From Leucoraja ocellata (Eukaryota), in NCBI GenBank assembly GCA_036785375.1, contig JAWMAR010000384.1, forward strand, positions 682,001-746,000: DNA of 64,000 nucleotides. Direction: 5' to 3'. Below, piece by piece: positions 1 through 12,165 of this stretch. Made by a program: the position numbers and the translations under genes. The notes below the pieces were generated by a model. That model made no database searches and was not told the origin of the DNA. It saw only the letters and a list, made by a program, of their open reading frames with translations. Position 1 is the stretch's first letter. Each line of letters begins with the position of its first letter.

Positions 1-335
1 GAGAAGTAGATCGGGTAGACACAGTGTCTTGCCCATAGTAGGAATTGAGAACCAGAGGATGTAGCTTTAGTGTGAGGGGGCATAGATTTAATAGGAACCT
101 GATGGATAACCTTTTCACGTAAATGATGGTAGGTGTATCGAACGAGCTGCCGGAGGAGACGGTTGAGACCGGTTCCATCGCAGCATTCAAGAAACACTTG
201 GTGCATTTAGAGGACAGGTTTAGAGGGATGTGGGCCAAATGCAGGCAGGTGGGATTAAGGTAGATGGGACATGTTGGCCAGTGTGGGCAAATTGGGCTGA
301 AGGGCCTGTTTCCATGCTGTAAGACTCTATGACCA
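1..335 (+). mobile_element. CR1 LINE 3' end (old)
   Basis: Degenerate 'accagaggat...tttag' ORF2 end and 3' UTR ending ggcctgtttccatgctgtaagactctatgac. Confidence 0.7.
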
Positions 336-438
336 TATAATGATCTGACACCAGAGAGGGATGATGCGGGTAGTCCGGTAAGATTGATTTGTATCAACCT
401 GTTCAGGGCTTTTACCTCACGGTTTCTTTATTTTCCAG

Positions 439-561
439 GAATTTGATCTCGGATAAGCAAGATTCGCTGGTTCAGTGTGCAGATTATCGCAGCTGTTTAA
501 CTTCCCAGGAGGCCATGTTGTGTTCTGGACCCTTAGCTACAGTGCAGGGATGTGGAATAAA
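439..561 (+). CDS. HIRA: HIRA histone chaperone, internal coding exon
   Basis: ttccag|G...ATAAA|gtaagt splice sites. Encodes (W)NLISDKQDSLVQCADYRSCLTSQEAMLCSGPLATVQGCGI(N), matching the vertebrate HIRA C-terminal domain as I recall it (WNLVSDKQDSLAQCADFRS...). Phase is compatible with the next exon. Confidence 0.95.
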
Positions 562-1518
562 GTAAGTAATAGTGTTGCCGATCTATCCACTGATAAAGGC
601 ACATTCTTCATGGTTTGAATTAGGCATTAGATTTTCAGCGGTTGTTGATCTTGAAACACTTCTGCCATATGACTTCTGTAACATTCCTCATGTTCACTCC
701 ATTGATTGGAAATGGTTTAGCTGTTTGATATATATGACTGTTCCAAATCCCACAGTTTACCTCACCTTACAAAGGGATCAGGCACATCAGCAAGTTGTGC
801 AATAGGATAGCAAAGAACATTACATTGGTGGTGCAAAGTTGTTATTTTGTATCCATCTAAAAATGTTCATAATGCAATTACATGGAGTGTGTTCTTGCTG
901 GTTATGGATGAAAAGGCAGCTCAATTCAGAGCACTTTATTCAGCCTATAATGGGAATGTGAAACTTGCTACCACTGGAGTCATTGATGCGTATAACAGTG
1001 GCTTATTATGAGAAATTTAGACTATTAAAGAGTCAATGTGGATTGAGTTGAGGAATTGTGACGGCAAGAAGACACTAATTGGCATTATCTACACACCCCC
1101 AAATAGCAGCCCGGATGTACGTTGTAAGTTGCAGCAGGAGTTAAAAGTGGCATGTAACAAAGGTGATGCCACTGTGGTGATGGGGGATTTCAATATGCAG
1201 GTAGACAGGGAAAATCAGGTTGGTTCAGGACCCCAAGAATGAGAGTTTTTAGAGTGCCTCCGTGATGGATTCTTAGAGAAGCTTGTAATGGAGCCGACAG
1301 AGAAAAGGCAATTCTGGATTTAGTGTTGTCCAATGAACCAGATCTCATAAGAGAACTCGATGTAAAGGAACCGCTTGGAGGTAGTGATCATAATATGATT
1401 AGTTTTAATCTGCAATTTGAGAAGGAGAAGGTTAAATTGGATGTGTCAGTGATGCAGTTGAATAAAGGGGTCTATGAAGGCATGAGAGAGGAGCTGGCCA
1501 AGGTAGACTGGAAAGGGA

Positions 1519-1863
1519 GGTTACACAGAAAAGCTGGAGAAACTCAGCGGGTGCAGCAGCATCTATGGAGCGAAGGAAATAGGCAACGTTTTCGGGCCGA
1601 AACCCTTCTTCAGACTGATCAGGGGTGGGGGTGGGTGGGGGACAAGAAAGGGAAAAGGAGGAGTAGCCGGAAGGCTGGAGGGTGGGAGGAGACAGCAGGG
1701 GAGCTGAGGAAGGGGAGGAGACAGCAAGGACTAACAGAATTGGGAGAAGTCGATGTTCATGCCCCCGGGGTGCAGACTCCCCAAACGGAATATGAGGTGC
1801 TGTTCCTCCAATTTCCGGTGCTGCTCGCTGTGGCCATGGAGGAGACCCAGGACAGAGAGACAA
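1519..1863 (-). mobile_element. Penelope-derived short element nested in CR1
   Basis: Interrupts CR1 ORF2; flanked by 14-bp duplication AGACTGGAAAGGGA (1505-1518 / 1864-1877); carries CTGAAGA...GAAA motif on - strand. Confidence 0.8.
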
Positions 1864-3269
1864 AGACTGGAAAGGGATCCTAGCAGGAATGATGGTGGAA
1901 CAGCAATGGCAGGAAGTTCTGGGCATAATCCGGAAGATGCAGGGTAATTTCATTGCAAAAAGGAAGAAAGATTCTAAGGGGAGTAGGAGACAACCGTGGC
2001 TGACAAGAGAAGTCAGGGATAGAATAAAACTAAAAGAAAAGATGTATAACACAGCAAAGAGTAGCCGGAAACCAGAGGATCGGGAAACCTTCACAGGACA
2101 ACAGAAGGAAACAAAACGGGCAATACGGGCTGAAAAGATGAAGTACGAGGGGAAGCTGGCCAGGAATATAAGGAAGGACAGTAAAAGCTTCCTAAGGGCA
2201 AAAGAGTAGCAAAGTCAAATGTGGGTCCCTTGAAGACAGGCACGGGTGAAATCATCATGGGTAACAAGAAATGGCGGAAGAGTTGAACAGGTACTTCTGA
2301 TCTGTCTTTACTCAGGAAGAAACAAACAAAATCCGAGATGTACTGGAGGACAGAGGATCTAAGAGGGTAGAGGAACTGAAAGAAATTTTCATTAGGCGAG
2401 AAATAGTATTGGGTAGGCTAATGGGACTGAAGGATGATATATCCCCTGGGGCCTGATGGTCTACATCCCAGGGTCCTCAGGGAGGTGGCTCTAGAAATAG
2501 TGGACGCATTGGTGATCATTTCCAATGTTCAATAGATTCAGGATCAGTTCCTGTGGATTGGAGGATAGCTAATGTTATCCCACTTTTCAAGAAAGGAGCG
2601 AGAGAGAAAACGAGGAATTACAGACCAGTTAGCCTAACTTCGGTGGTGGGAAAGATGCTGGAGTCAATTATTAAAGAGGTAATAATAGGGCATTTGGATA
2701 GCAGTAAAAGGATTAGTCCAAGTCAACATGGATTTATGAAAGGGGAAATCATGCTTGACTAATCTTCTGGAATTTTGTGAGGATGTGACAAGTAAAATGG
2801 ATGAAGGGGAGCCATTGGATGTAGTGTATCTAGACTTTCAGAAAGCCGTTGATAAGGTCCTGCACGGGAGACTGGTGACTAAAATTAGAGCACATGGTAT
2901 TGGGGGTAGGGTGTTGACATGGATAGAAAATTGGTTAGCAGACAGGAAGAAAAGAGTGGGAGTGAACGGTCCATTTCAGAATGGCAGGCAGTGGCGAATG
3001 GAGTGCCGCAAGGCTCGGTGTTGGGGCCGCTACTGTTTACCATATATATTAATGATTTAGAAGAGGGAATTAGGAGCAACACTAAAAGTTTGCGGATGAC
3101 ACAAAGCTGGGTGGCAGTGTGAATTGTGAAGAGGATGTTAGGAGGTTGCAGGGTGACCTGGACAGGTTGAGTGAGTAGGCAGATGCATGGCAGATGCAGT
3201 ATAATATAGATAAATGTGAGGTTATCCACTTTGGCGGCAAAAACAAGGGGGCAGATTATTATCTCAATG

Positions 3270-3367
3270 GGTTACACAAAAAAGCTGGAGAAACTCAGCG
3301 GGTGCAGCAGCATCTATGGAGCGAAGGAAATAGGCAATATTTCGGGCCGAAACCCTTCTTCAGACTC
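3270..3367 (-). mobile_element. ~100-bp Penelope-derived insertion nested in CR1
   Basis: Same terminus (ggttacac) as 1519-1863; flanked by duplication ATTATCTCAATG(GG) at 3258 and 3368. Confidence 0.8.
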
Positions 3368-4120
3368 ATTATCTCAATGGGGTTAGGTTAGGTATGGGGG
3401 AGGTGCAGCGAGACCTGGGTGACCTTGTACACCAGTCACTGAAAGTTGGGGTGCAGGTACAGCAGGGAGTGAAGAAAGCTAATGGAAGGTTGGCCTTCAT
3501 AACAAGAGGATTTCAGTATAGGAGTAAAGAGGTTCTTCTGCAGTTGTATTGGGTTCTGGTGAGACCACATCTGGAGTATTGTGTACAGTTCCTCCTAATT
3601 TGAGGAAGGACATCCTTGTGCTTGAGGCAGTGCAGCGTAGGTTCACGAGATTGATCCCTGGGATGGAGGGACTGTCATATCAGGAAAGATTGAAAAGACT
3701 AGGCTTGTATTCACTGGAGTTTTGAAGGATGAAGGGATATCTTATAGAAACATATAAAATTATAAAGGACTGGACAAGCTAGATGCAGGAAAAATGTTCC
3801 CAATGTTGGGCGAGTCCAGAACCAGGGGCCACAGTCTTAGAATAAAAGGGAGACCATTTAAGACTGAGGTGAGAAAAAACTTTTCACCCAGAGAGTTGTG
3901 AATTTGTGAATTACCTGCCACAGAGGGCAGTGGAGGCCAAATCACTGGATGGATTTAAGAGAGAGTTAGATAGAGCTCTAGGGGCTAGTGGAATCGAGGG
4001 ATATGGGGAGAAGGCAAGCACGGATTATTGATTGGGGGTGATCAGCCATTATCACAATGAATGGTGATGCTGACTCGAAGGGCCGAAGGGCCGAATGGCC
4101 TCCTGCACCTAGTTTCTATG

Positions 4121-4445
4121 TAACCAATCTGATCTCCCGGTTGCCCAGCACTTCAACTCCCCCTCCCATTCTGATCTGACCTTTCTGTCCTGGGCCTCCT
4201 CCATTGCTTGGGACATTGCTTGGGTAGTTTACACCCCAGCGGTATGAACATTGACCTCTAAATTCAGGTAGTCCTTACTTTCTCCCTCCTTCCCTCCCCC
4301 TTCCCAGCTCTCCCACATAGCCTACTGTCTCAGCCTCTTCCTTTATTTTTCCCGCCCCCCCCCCCCCCCCCCCCCTCCACCCGACATCAGTCTGAAGAAG
4401 GGAGTCGAGCCGAAACGTCGACTACTACTTTTCTCCATAGATGTT
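4121..4445 (+). mobile_element. Penelope-like element 3' fragment
   Basis: DLPVAQHFNS and GMNID GIY-YIG C-terminal remnants, then a pyrimidine tract and ctgaagaagg...gaaacgtc. Confidence 0.75.
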
Positions 4446-4449
4446 TTCT

Positions 4450-4802
4450 CCATAAACCTCTGAGGCCTTCACAGAACAGCTGTATTTATACTGAGATTAG
4501 ATTACACACAAGTGGACTCTATTTACGAATTAGGTGACTTCTGAAGGCAATTGGTTGCACTGGATTTTATTTAGGGGTATCAGAGTAAAGGGGGCTGAAT
4601 ACTTTTGCACGCCACACTTTTCAGTTTTTTATTTGTAAAAAAATTTGAAAACCATGTATCATTTTCCTTCCACTTCACAATTATGCGCCACTTTGTGTTG
4701 GTCTATCACATAAAATCCCAATAAAATACATTTACGTTTGTGGTTGTAACGTGACAAAATGTGGAAAAGTTCAAGGCGTATGAATACTTTTGCAAGCCAC
4801 TG
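4450..4802 (-). mobile_element. Tc1/mariner (IR/DR type) left-end fragment
   Basis: Reverse strand reads TA|CAGTGGCTTGCAAAAGTATTCA; direct repeat tgaatacttttgca at ~4597 and ~4781 brackets a ~200-bp TIR. Confidence 0.8.
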
Positions 4803-4921
4803 TACTTTCGATTTTTCCAGCATCTGCAGTTCCATCTTAAACGTTGTATTGGCTGCAGTTCAGTTTATGGCTGTGTGTTTCCATTGCTGGTCTGCTGAAT
4901 AATCTCTGTTGCATCTTCCAG

Positions 4922-5085
4922 TGCTGGACGCCAGGCTGCTAGGCTCTCCTCGATGCCCCATGTTTTACAACGAGGGACCACACTGGCATATCTTGAGAAT
5001 CAAGTTGCAGCTGCAATGACGCTAAAATCCAGCCAGGAATATCGTCACTGGCTTCTCATCTACACCCGCTATTTAGTAAATGAAG
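4922..5085 (+). CDS. HIRA: HIRA coding exon
   Basis: ttccag|T...GAAG|gtggg; encodes AGRQAARLSSMPHVLQRGTTLAYLENQVAAAMTLKSSQEYRHWLLIYTRYLVNE(G), the HIRA TLAYLENQVAAA motif. Confidence 0.97.
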
Positions 5086-5329
5086 GTGGGGAATTGCTCA
5101 TAGTTTTGATTTTATGGTGTGAATCACATGCATGTTCCAAAATCGTATGGATTTGTAGGTTAATTGGCCTCTGTAAATTGCTGCTTGTGTGGGAGCGGAT
5201 GCGAAAGTGGGATAAGCATAGATCAGGTGTGTGAACGGGTGATCGAATGTCAGTGTTTACACATTGGGCTGAAGGGCCAGTTTTCTTCAGTCAATCAATT
5301 ACTCCACTGACTCTTGTTTCTATTTGCAG

Positions 5330-5418
5330 GATTTGAGCCACGTTTGAGAGAACTTTGCAAAGATTTGCTTGGCCCGGTTCACAACTCTTCCAGTAGCCAG
5401 TGGGAATCAACTGTCCTG
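5330..5418 (+). CDS. HIRA: HIRA penultimate coding exon
   Basis: tttgcag|GA...CTG|gtaggc; encodes (G)FEPRLRELCKDLLGPVHNSSSSQWESTVL. Confidence 0.96.
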
Positions 5419-6209
5419 GTAGGCAGTTTCTCTTTGCATAAAAAGATTGAATGAAACATATTTAAAAATGGGTTGAAATCAGTAGCTGGGAGCAACTAAA
5501 GTTAGTCCTTCAAGCACAAATTATCAATGCACAATAACAACATAAACCTGATGGGAACAAACAATGCTCAGCTGTTTTAAGCAGCCTATCCAACATAGTA
5601 TCAGTGCCTTACTGAGCGACAGATGATGCACAAACCTATGGGGAGCTCCCACCCCCGGCTTTGCCTTCTGACAATGACTGTCAGTGAATTCCAGAAGGGA
5701 GGTCCCTCGCCTCCTACCATCTGAGGCATAGTAGCTATTCAGACCTCACTGCCTCACTTGAAGGAGCTGAAGGTTTGTGAAGGCTTTCAGCTCAGTTAAG
5801 TGCATGTGTGCAGGGGCCATGTGTGGCAGGCCCAGTTTAGAATGTTCTGGCCAAATGTACTGAAATTTGGTTGTAGTTCATCTTTACTGGGTTTGGAATA
5901 TGACCAAGCACTATTTTTCTATTTGATTTGTATGTTCTCAGAAGTGCTTTGAGTAGTCTTGTGGATTTTACTATGTTTTGGTTTTGTTCGCAAATACCAA
6001 CATGCTACTAAACGAGGGATCAGAAAACACTGGTACTAATACTGAATTAACTGAGCGTAGATGGTTTATCCTTCATTACAAGTTATCTTGTTGAGGAAAA
6101 AAAAGAACAAAACGTCAGTCTCTGCAACCCAGCTAGACAAATGTATAGTCATTGAGGCCAAGTCTGAAATATCTTGAGTGTCTTTCTTTGTATTTTGAAG
6201 TTTTAAAAG

Positions 6210-7150
6210 CATCCCACTTTCCAGTTGTTAATTTCCCTGCAAACAATTTGTTCCAATTAACTTTAGCAAGTTACTGTCTAATACCATCAAATGTTGGCCT
6301 TTCCCCAATTTAGAATTTGCTTGTGGGCCCGCCCTGTCACTACCTATAACTATTTAACAACTAATGGAACAGTGGTCGCTGGTCCCAAAGGCACGCCCAT
6401 AGACACTTCAATCACTTACCTTTTCCAATTTCCTAAGAGTAGATCGAGCTTTGACCTCTTACTTGAACAGCCCTCTACATATTGTCTGAGGAAACTTTCC
6501 TGAACACGTTTGACAAATTCCACTCTGTCTAAGCCCAATCTACATTGGGAAAGTCAAAATCCCCTATTAGTCTTGCAGCAACTTGAAATCTCCTGGCATA
6601 TTTGTTCTTCTAATTCCCATACACTATTTGAGGGCATATAAAACACTCCTAACAAGGTAATCAACCTCTTTATTTCTCCACCCATTTAGCCTCACTGGAT
6701 GAACCATCAATAATGTTATCTTGGACTACTGCACTGACACTCTCTTTAAACAATAAAACAACACTCCCTCCTTTTTTACCCCACCTCCATCTCTCCTGTA
6801 GCACCTGTACTCTGGAACATTAAGCTGCCAGCCCAATCCCTTTCTTAACCAGCTTTCAGTCTCGGCCACAAAGTCGCGGTCAAACACCCCTCATGTGTTT
6901 TTCCCTACAGGCCTCTAGCATTAAAATGCAATTCAATCCAACAGTCCTTCCTCTGTCCCTTCTGTGTTCCTGCCTACCCTGTCCACTGAACCTTCTTTCA
7001 TCACCTTCCATATGTACTTACAGCCTCTTACCTGTCCAGTCCTGCATTGGATTCCGCCCCCACCAATCTAGTTTAAACTCACCCGAGTAGCAATAGCAAA
7101 TCTGCCTGTCAGGATTTTCCTTCCCGTCTAGTTCGGGTACAATCTGTCCC
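6210..7150 (-). mobile_element. Old CR1 fragment (ORF1 end / endonuclease region)
   Basis: Degenerate GDF, DLLL and SDH endonuclease remnants on the reverse strand. Confidence 0.55.
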
Positions 7151-7189
7151 TTGCTACAGGTCACCATTGTTCCATTTATGTACGGAAAT

Positions 7190-8700
7190 ACACAATGTGC
7201 TGGGGTAACCTGGCGGGTCAGGCATCCCTGGAGAACATGAATAGGTGCCTTTTTGAGTTGAGACCCTTTCAGACTGATTGCAGCAGTGGAGTGAAAGAAA
7301 GTGAGAAGAGTGGAAGAGCATAACAAAGCTTGGCAGGTCATAGGTGAACACGGGCGAGGGGGTAGGGTGTTTGATAGACAGATAGATGGTTGGACAAAGG
7401 CCAGAAATGAACACGGAAGAAGTGAGACAAAAAGGATCAGAGTTACAAATTATGAAGCTGATAGATTGACAAGGTGTGAATTGTATAGGAATGTGGTAGA
7501 CCCCAGCGATTATTTTACCGAAAACTTCTGCTTGGTCTGCCAAGGCCTGGGGGAAATCCGGGTTGCTGACCATTCAAAACTCCGGTTCCCATTTCCATAC
7601 TGTTCTTTCTGTCCTGGGCTGCCTCCATTGCAAGAGTGATGCCACATGCAAACCGAAGAACAGCACCTAAAATTCCACTTGGGTAGCTTCCAACCCAATG
7701 ATATAACCACTGAGTTCTCCAACTTTAGCTAACCTCTACAAAACCGACCCCATCCTCTCTCCCATCCCCTCCCCACCCTCCCCTCAGCCCTGGCTAACCT
7801 TGCACCCATCTCTCCCCTCCCCTCCCCTCCCCTTCAACCTACTTTACTAGACAATTTGCGCCTTGTCAATCCTCCAGCTTCACAATTTACGACATTCTAA
7901 TCCTTTTATCTCACACCTTGCGTGCCTTTATCTTTGGCCTTCGTCCAAATATCTGCCATAATAAACAAAACTCAACCTTGTGTTCACCTATGCCATGCCA
8001 TGCTTATCATGCCTCTTAACTTTTCTGGATTTCTTCCCCCCCCCCCCCCCCCACAATCAGTCTGAGGAAGGGTGCAGACCCGAAATGTCAACTATCTATG
8101 TTCTCCAGGGATGCAGCCTGACCTGCTGAGTTACTCCAGCATTTTGTATCTTTCCTTGGTAAACCAGCATCTGCAGTTCTTTGCTTCTTCCATTTATCCA
8201 CATTCACTTGTGTGGTAATTATGAAGTATATAAATATTTGCCATGATACAAAATTTACCATGGTGGTACACCTGCTGCCTCGCATCTCCAGCAACCTGGG
8301 TTCAATCCTGTTTGTGTGGAGTTTGCACATTCTCCCAGTTGCTCCATTTCCCACATTGTGAAAATATGAGATTCATAAATTAATCTGCCATTATTCTTTG
8401 TTAAGAGACGAAAAAATGCTGGAATAACTCAGCGGGACAGGCAGTATCTCTGGAGAGAAGGAATGGGTGACACTTTGGGTCAAGACCCTTCTTCAGACTC
8501 AACCAAACTAGACCATACTCTGGGTGTAGTACTTCAGACTGGAGTCTGAAGAAGGGTCTCGACCCGAAGCTTCAGTGTGAAGAAGGGCTTGACCCAAAGC
8601 CTCACCCATTCCTTCTCTCCAGAGATGCTGTCTGTCCCGCTGAATTACTCCTGAATTTTGTGTCAATCTTCGGTTTAAACCAGCATCTGTGGTTCCTTCC
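7190..8700. mobile_element. Cluster of Penelope-derived fragments in both orientations
   Basis: Several copies of the ctgaagaaggg..cccgaaacgtcacc..ctccagagatgctgcc..gctgagttactccagc terminus plus GIY-YIG remnants. Confidence 0.7.
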
Positions 8701-9195
8701 TGCACTATTAATTGCTACTGGTGTATTGATAAGTGGTAGAATCTGGGAGGAATTGGGGAGATTTTGACGAGAGTAAAACAGAAGTGGTACAGGATTGGAA
8801 TAAATGGTGCTTGATGTCGGTATAGTGGGCCAAAAGGGCCTGTTTCCCTAAATTTATTGCTCTGAGTTAGCAGGATAGTTAGAGAAGGCAAAAAAAACAT
8901 GTTGCTATTTTGGACTGATTTTGCTGTATGCACTGTTAGGCAGAGAGATTGTGTTCTGCAACTTGCAATGTAAATGTAGATGAAGGACTATATGCCACAC
9001 ATGGCTATGCTGGTATAAGTAGGAGTATTGGCACCAGAAAATGTAAGCCCCCCACTCCTTAATCTTCTAAATTCTAGGGAGTACAAGCTTAGTGCGTCAA
9101 ACGTAATTCTTTAATTGTTTCAGGACTATCCTCGTTCCTGGGGAGCAAACATCTTTCTTGCTGTAGTGACTAAAAGCTCCTTATTCCTTTGCTAG

Positions 9196-9312
9196 GGCCT
9201 TCGGAAGAGGGAGCTGCTGAAGGAGATGCTTCCAGTTATTGGCCAGAACCTGCGATTCCAGAGACTCTTCACGGAGTATCAGGACCAGCTGGATCTTCTA
9301 AGGGACAAGTAG
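9196..9312 (+). CDS. HIRA: HIRA terminal coding exon
   Basis: tttgctag|GGC; encodes GLRKRELLKEMLPVIGQNLRFQRLFTEYQDQLDLLRDK*, the HIRA C-terminus; TAG at 9310-9312. Confidence 0.97.
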   Translation, partial: GLRKRELLKEMLPVIGQNLRFQRLFTEYQDQLDLLRDK

Positions 9313-10067
9313 TACTCTTCAAGCAGATGTTTGACAAAGATCTGACCGCAAACGCACTCTGGGAGATTTGCTGTGGCCGGCTGGTGACGCCCACCTGGGA
9401 GAGATGGACTTTTGAAGGTTTGGGTCTTAATCTGGGAGATGAAGGCCGCAATCAGCGATACCAGGCTAGCCCACTGCAGTGGATGACATGATCGCAGAGA
9501 CAGAGAGACCGACGGTGCTGGTCTAAATGCGCCACTTCACAACAAGTGGCCGTGCAGTGCACAGGAGAGATGATATGCAACTGTACTGCAGGACGTCGGT
9601 GAGCCGGGAGCCAGTACTACACCCAGAGAATGGTTACAAGCGACCAAGGTTTAACATCTCTATCCATTGTGTGATGAGCACTGGCCGCATTACTTGCCAG
9701 ATAGTGACCTTTGCAGACCGTGCTCATTTTTATAAACTTTCAAGTCCAATGCTGTACAACACTCAGACGTTTACTGCCTGTTCCCTGCCTTGGAGAGGGA
9801 AGGACAACACAATCGAAAGCTGTCAGTCTTCAAACCTTCTCGGTTAGAGGATGAACAGCTGAGTTCAGACTTTTCATGGTGTCGTTTTCTGTTTGCCTGA
9901 TGTACTAAATTACACATTTGTTTAAAGTATGTCCTTGTTACATGTGTGAATGGGGAGAAAATAATTCTAATGAGCCACCATGGGCATGGCAGAGATGTAC
10001 AGAAACCTAATTTGCCCTTTGGTACCTTTTAACTTTATACAGGCACATTTTTCGTCTTTTTTTATAA

Positions 10068-10073
10068 AATAAA
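10068..10073 (+). terminator. Likely HIRA poly(A) signal
   Basis: AATAAA ~750 nt after the stop, at the end of a repeat-free 3' UTR-like stretch and followed by a T/GT-rich tract. Confidence 0.6.
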
Positions 10074-11869
10074 GATAGAATATCGCATCCCTGTTTCTCC
10101 CTTCTGGATATGAAGTATCTCTTGATTTGCAGGTATGTCAGGCACTGATCAGTCTGAAGAAGGGTCTCGACCCCAAACGTCACCGATTCCTTCTCTCCAG
10201 AGATGCTGCCTGTCCCGCTGAGTTACTCCAACATTATGCGTCTACCTGTCTGGCACTGAGAATGTGCTTTCCGATGGTGAGGATTCGCTGGCAGCAGCAA
10301 GCAGCTCAATCCTTGATTCGGACAAGCAGAGCATATTGTTCCAACTGGGTGGGAAAATGACAGCAACTGATGCTTACAACTTTACCATCACTGTGAAACA
10401 CTCTGCAGTTGCAGGGAGCCCAGGATGTTGAAGATTGCCTTGATTTTGCATTAATGAGCTTGCAGCCCAAGTTTGAAACCACTAAGGCCTGAAGGGTTTC
10501 TTTGGCTGTGCTAAATGTGGTATCAAATTGGGGATGTTGACCCTGAGGATTAGTGTGGTATTCTGACCGCCTGTCTTTGCTTTGTACAATTAAAAATTGA
10601 AGCCCTCGGGCTGAACAACCGCCCACTTCCGGTAGGTCCATGTGATTAAGTCAGTTCTCATCATTTTTTACTTCACTTTAAGTCTCGTGATAAGGAACTG
10701 GAATAGACGTATAAATTGAGTACCTATAAAATTAAGCATTATTTTTTTCCAAATACAGTCGATGCTCCTATTAGTACTGCCAATTATAGTCGGAGATTTG
10801 GTCTAAGCACCCCTGTTTATTTCTGAAATATCTGAAAAATTAGTTATTGATAACTTGCCACAACTGAGAGAAGGAGGGAGTGGGACTGAGACGCACACCA
10901 AAGCATAATAATTGACCTCAAGTCCTTAGTCTGAGGAGGGAAACATTTGGGCTTCCCCTGTTGAGAGCTCATGAGTGTTAACCGATGATTCTGTACAGAG
11001 TTGGACATGGCTACGGTATGAGTAGAGAATAGGTACTGGACGTGGGGCATGAGCACCCGAGCAGTCCTACCATATTACTGGAAAATCTGAAACCTGTACA
11101 CAACCAGGTGATGACACGTGCCAGACTAGTTGAATGAGAAAGTAAAATGACATTTATATAGGCCTTTTACAACCTCTGTTCTTTACGACCAATGAGCTGT
11201 TTCCAAAGTTGACCAATGTTGAAGGCAGGGAATGTCCTGCAGACTGGTACAGCAAGATCCCGCAAAGAGTAATGAGATGATGACTGGAAAACGTGGTTTA
11301 GTAATGTTCATTGAGAGTACAATTGCTCCTGACATCAGGAATAATTCCTCTGTTCTTTCCCCAGATAGTATAATGAGGTGTTTCACAAGCACCTGAGAAC
11401 ACCGATGAGCCCTGATTTAACATCCCATCCAAAGGTTAGCAATGGTGCTGATGCGACTGTGGCCTGCTGTCAGTGAGATGCTGACACATGCAATGGAGCT
11501 ATCTACCTTGAATTTCTTTTGTATTCTTTATTTTGGGATAATCTTATTGTATACAGATGAAATATCTGTCAGTTCCATTGTCTACAGACTACTCTAAATA
11601 AAGGGACTCTGAGGATCTAATATTTACACAAATCAGTTACCTTCATCCTCCCATCCTTGCATGTGAAAAATAAGGCAAGTTAGGATCAATAGGTAGCTGT
11701 CTGATAAGGGGATTGTGAAAGTGGTTTGAGAAAAGAATATGACTAAATAATTATTTTTGACAGCTGGTGGCTCTAAAGATCATGAGGGCAAATACCGGCA
11801 TATCTGACAGTATGCCCTTTTGCTGGGCAAGGTTTTCCACTGGGGTGGTCAGACATTGGAACAATGTCC

Positions 11870-12165
11870 AGAATGGTCCAGAACCAGGGGCCACAGCCTT
11901 AGAATAAAGGGGAGGTCATTTAAGACTGAGGTGAGAAAAAACTTTTTCACCCAAAGAGTTGTGAATTTATGGAATTCCCTGCCACAGAGGGCAGTGGAGG
12001 TCAAATCACTGGATAGAGCTCTAGGGGCTAGTGGAGTAAGGGATATGGGGAGAAGGCAGGCACGGGTTATTGATAGGGGACGATCAGCCATGATCACAAT
12101 GAATGGTGGTGCTGGCTCGAAGGGCCGAATGGCCTCCTCCTGCACCTATTTTCTATGTTTCTATG
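11870..12165 (+). mobile_element. CR1 3' end
   Basis: SRTRGHSLRIKG...FFTQRVVNLWNSLP; tail ttctatgtttctatg. Confidence 0.9.

Larger units (their letters stand above)
1030..4120 (+). mobile_element. CR1 LINE, near-complete ORF2 (APE endonuclease + RT), frameshifted, in HIRA intron
   Basis: ORF fragments MGDFN and GSDHN (APE); [37 protein letters not shown] (RT); 3' tail ttctatgt. Confidence 0.93.

Noticed and set aside
1323-2094. 186-aa and 220-aa ORFs as novel proteins
   Set aside because: Chance read-through across CR1 and a nested insertion, and its antisense.
4953-5234. 93-aa ORF as a stand-alone gene
   Set aside because: It is part of a HIRA exon (ends 5085) read through into the intron.
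8400-8700. CRISPR-like or regularly spaced repeat array
   Set aside because: Eukaryotic DNA; the repeats are dispersed Penelope termini in mixed orientation with no spacer periodicity.
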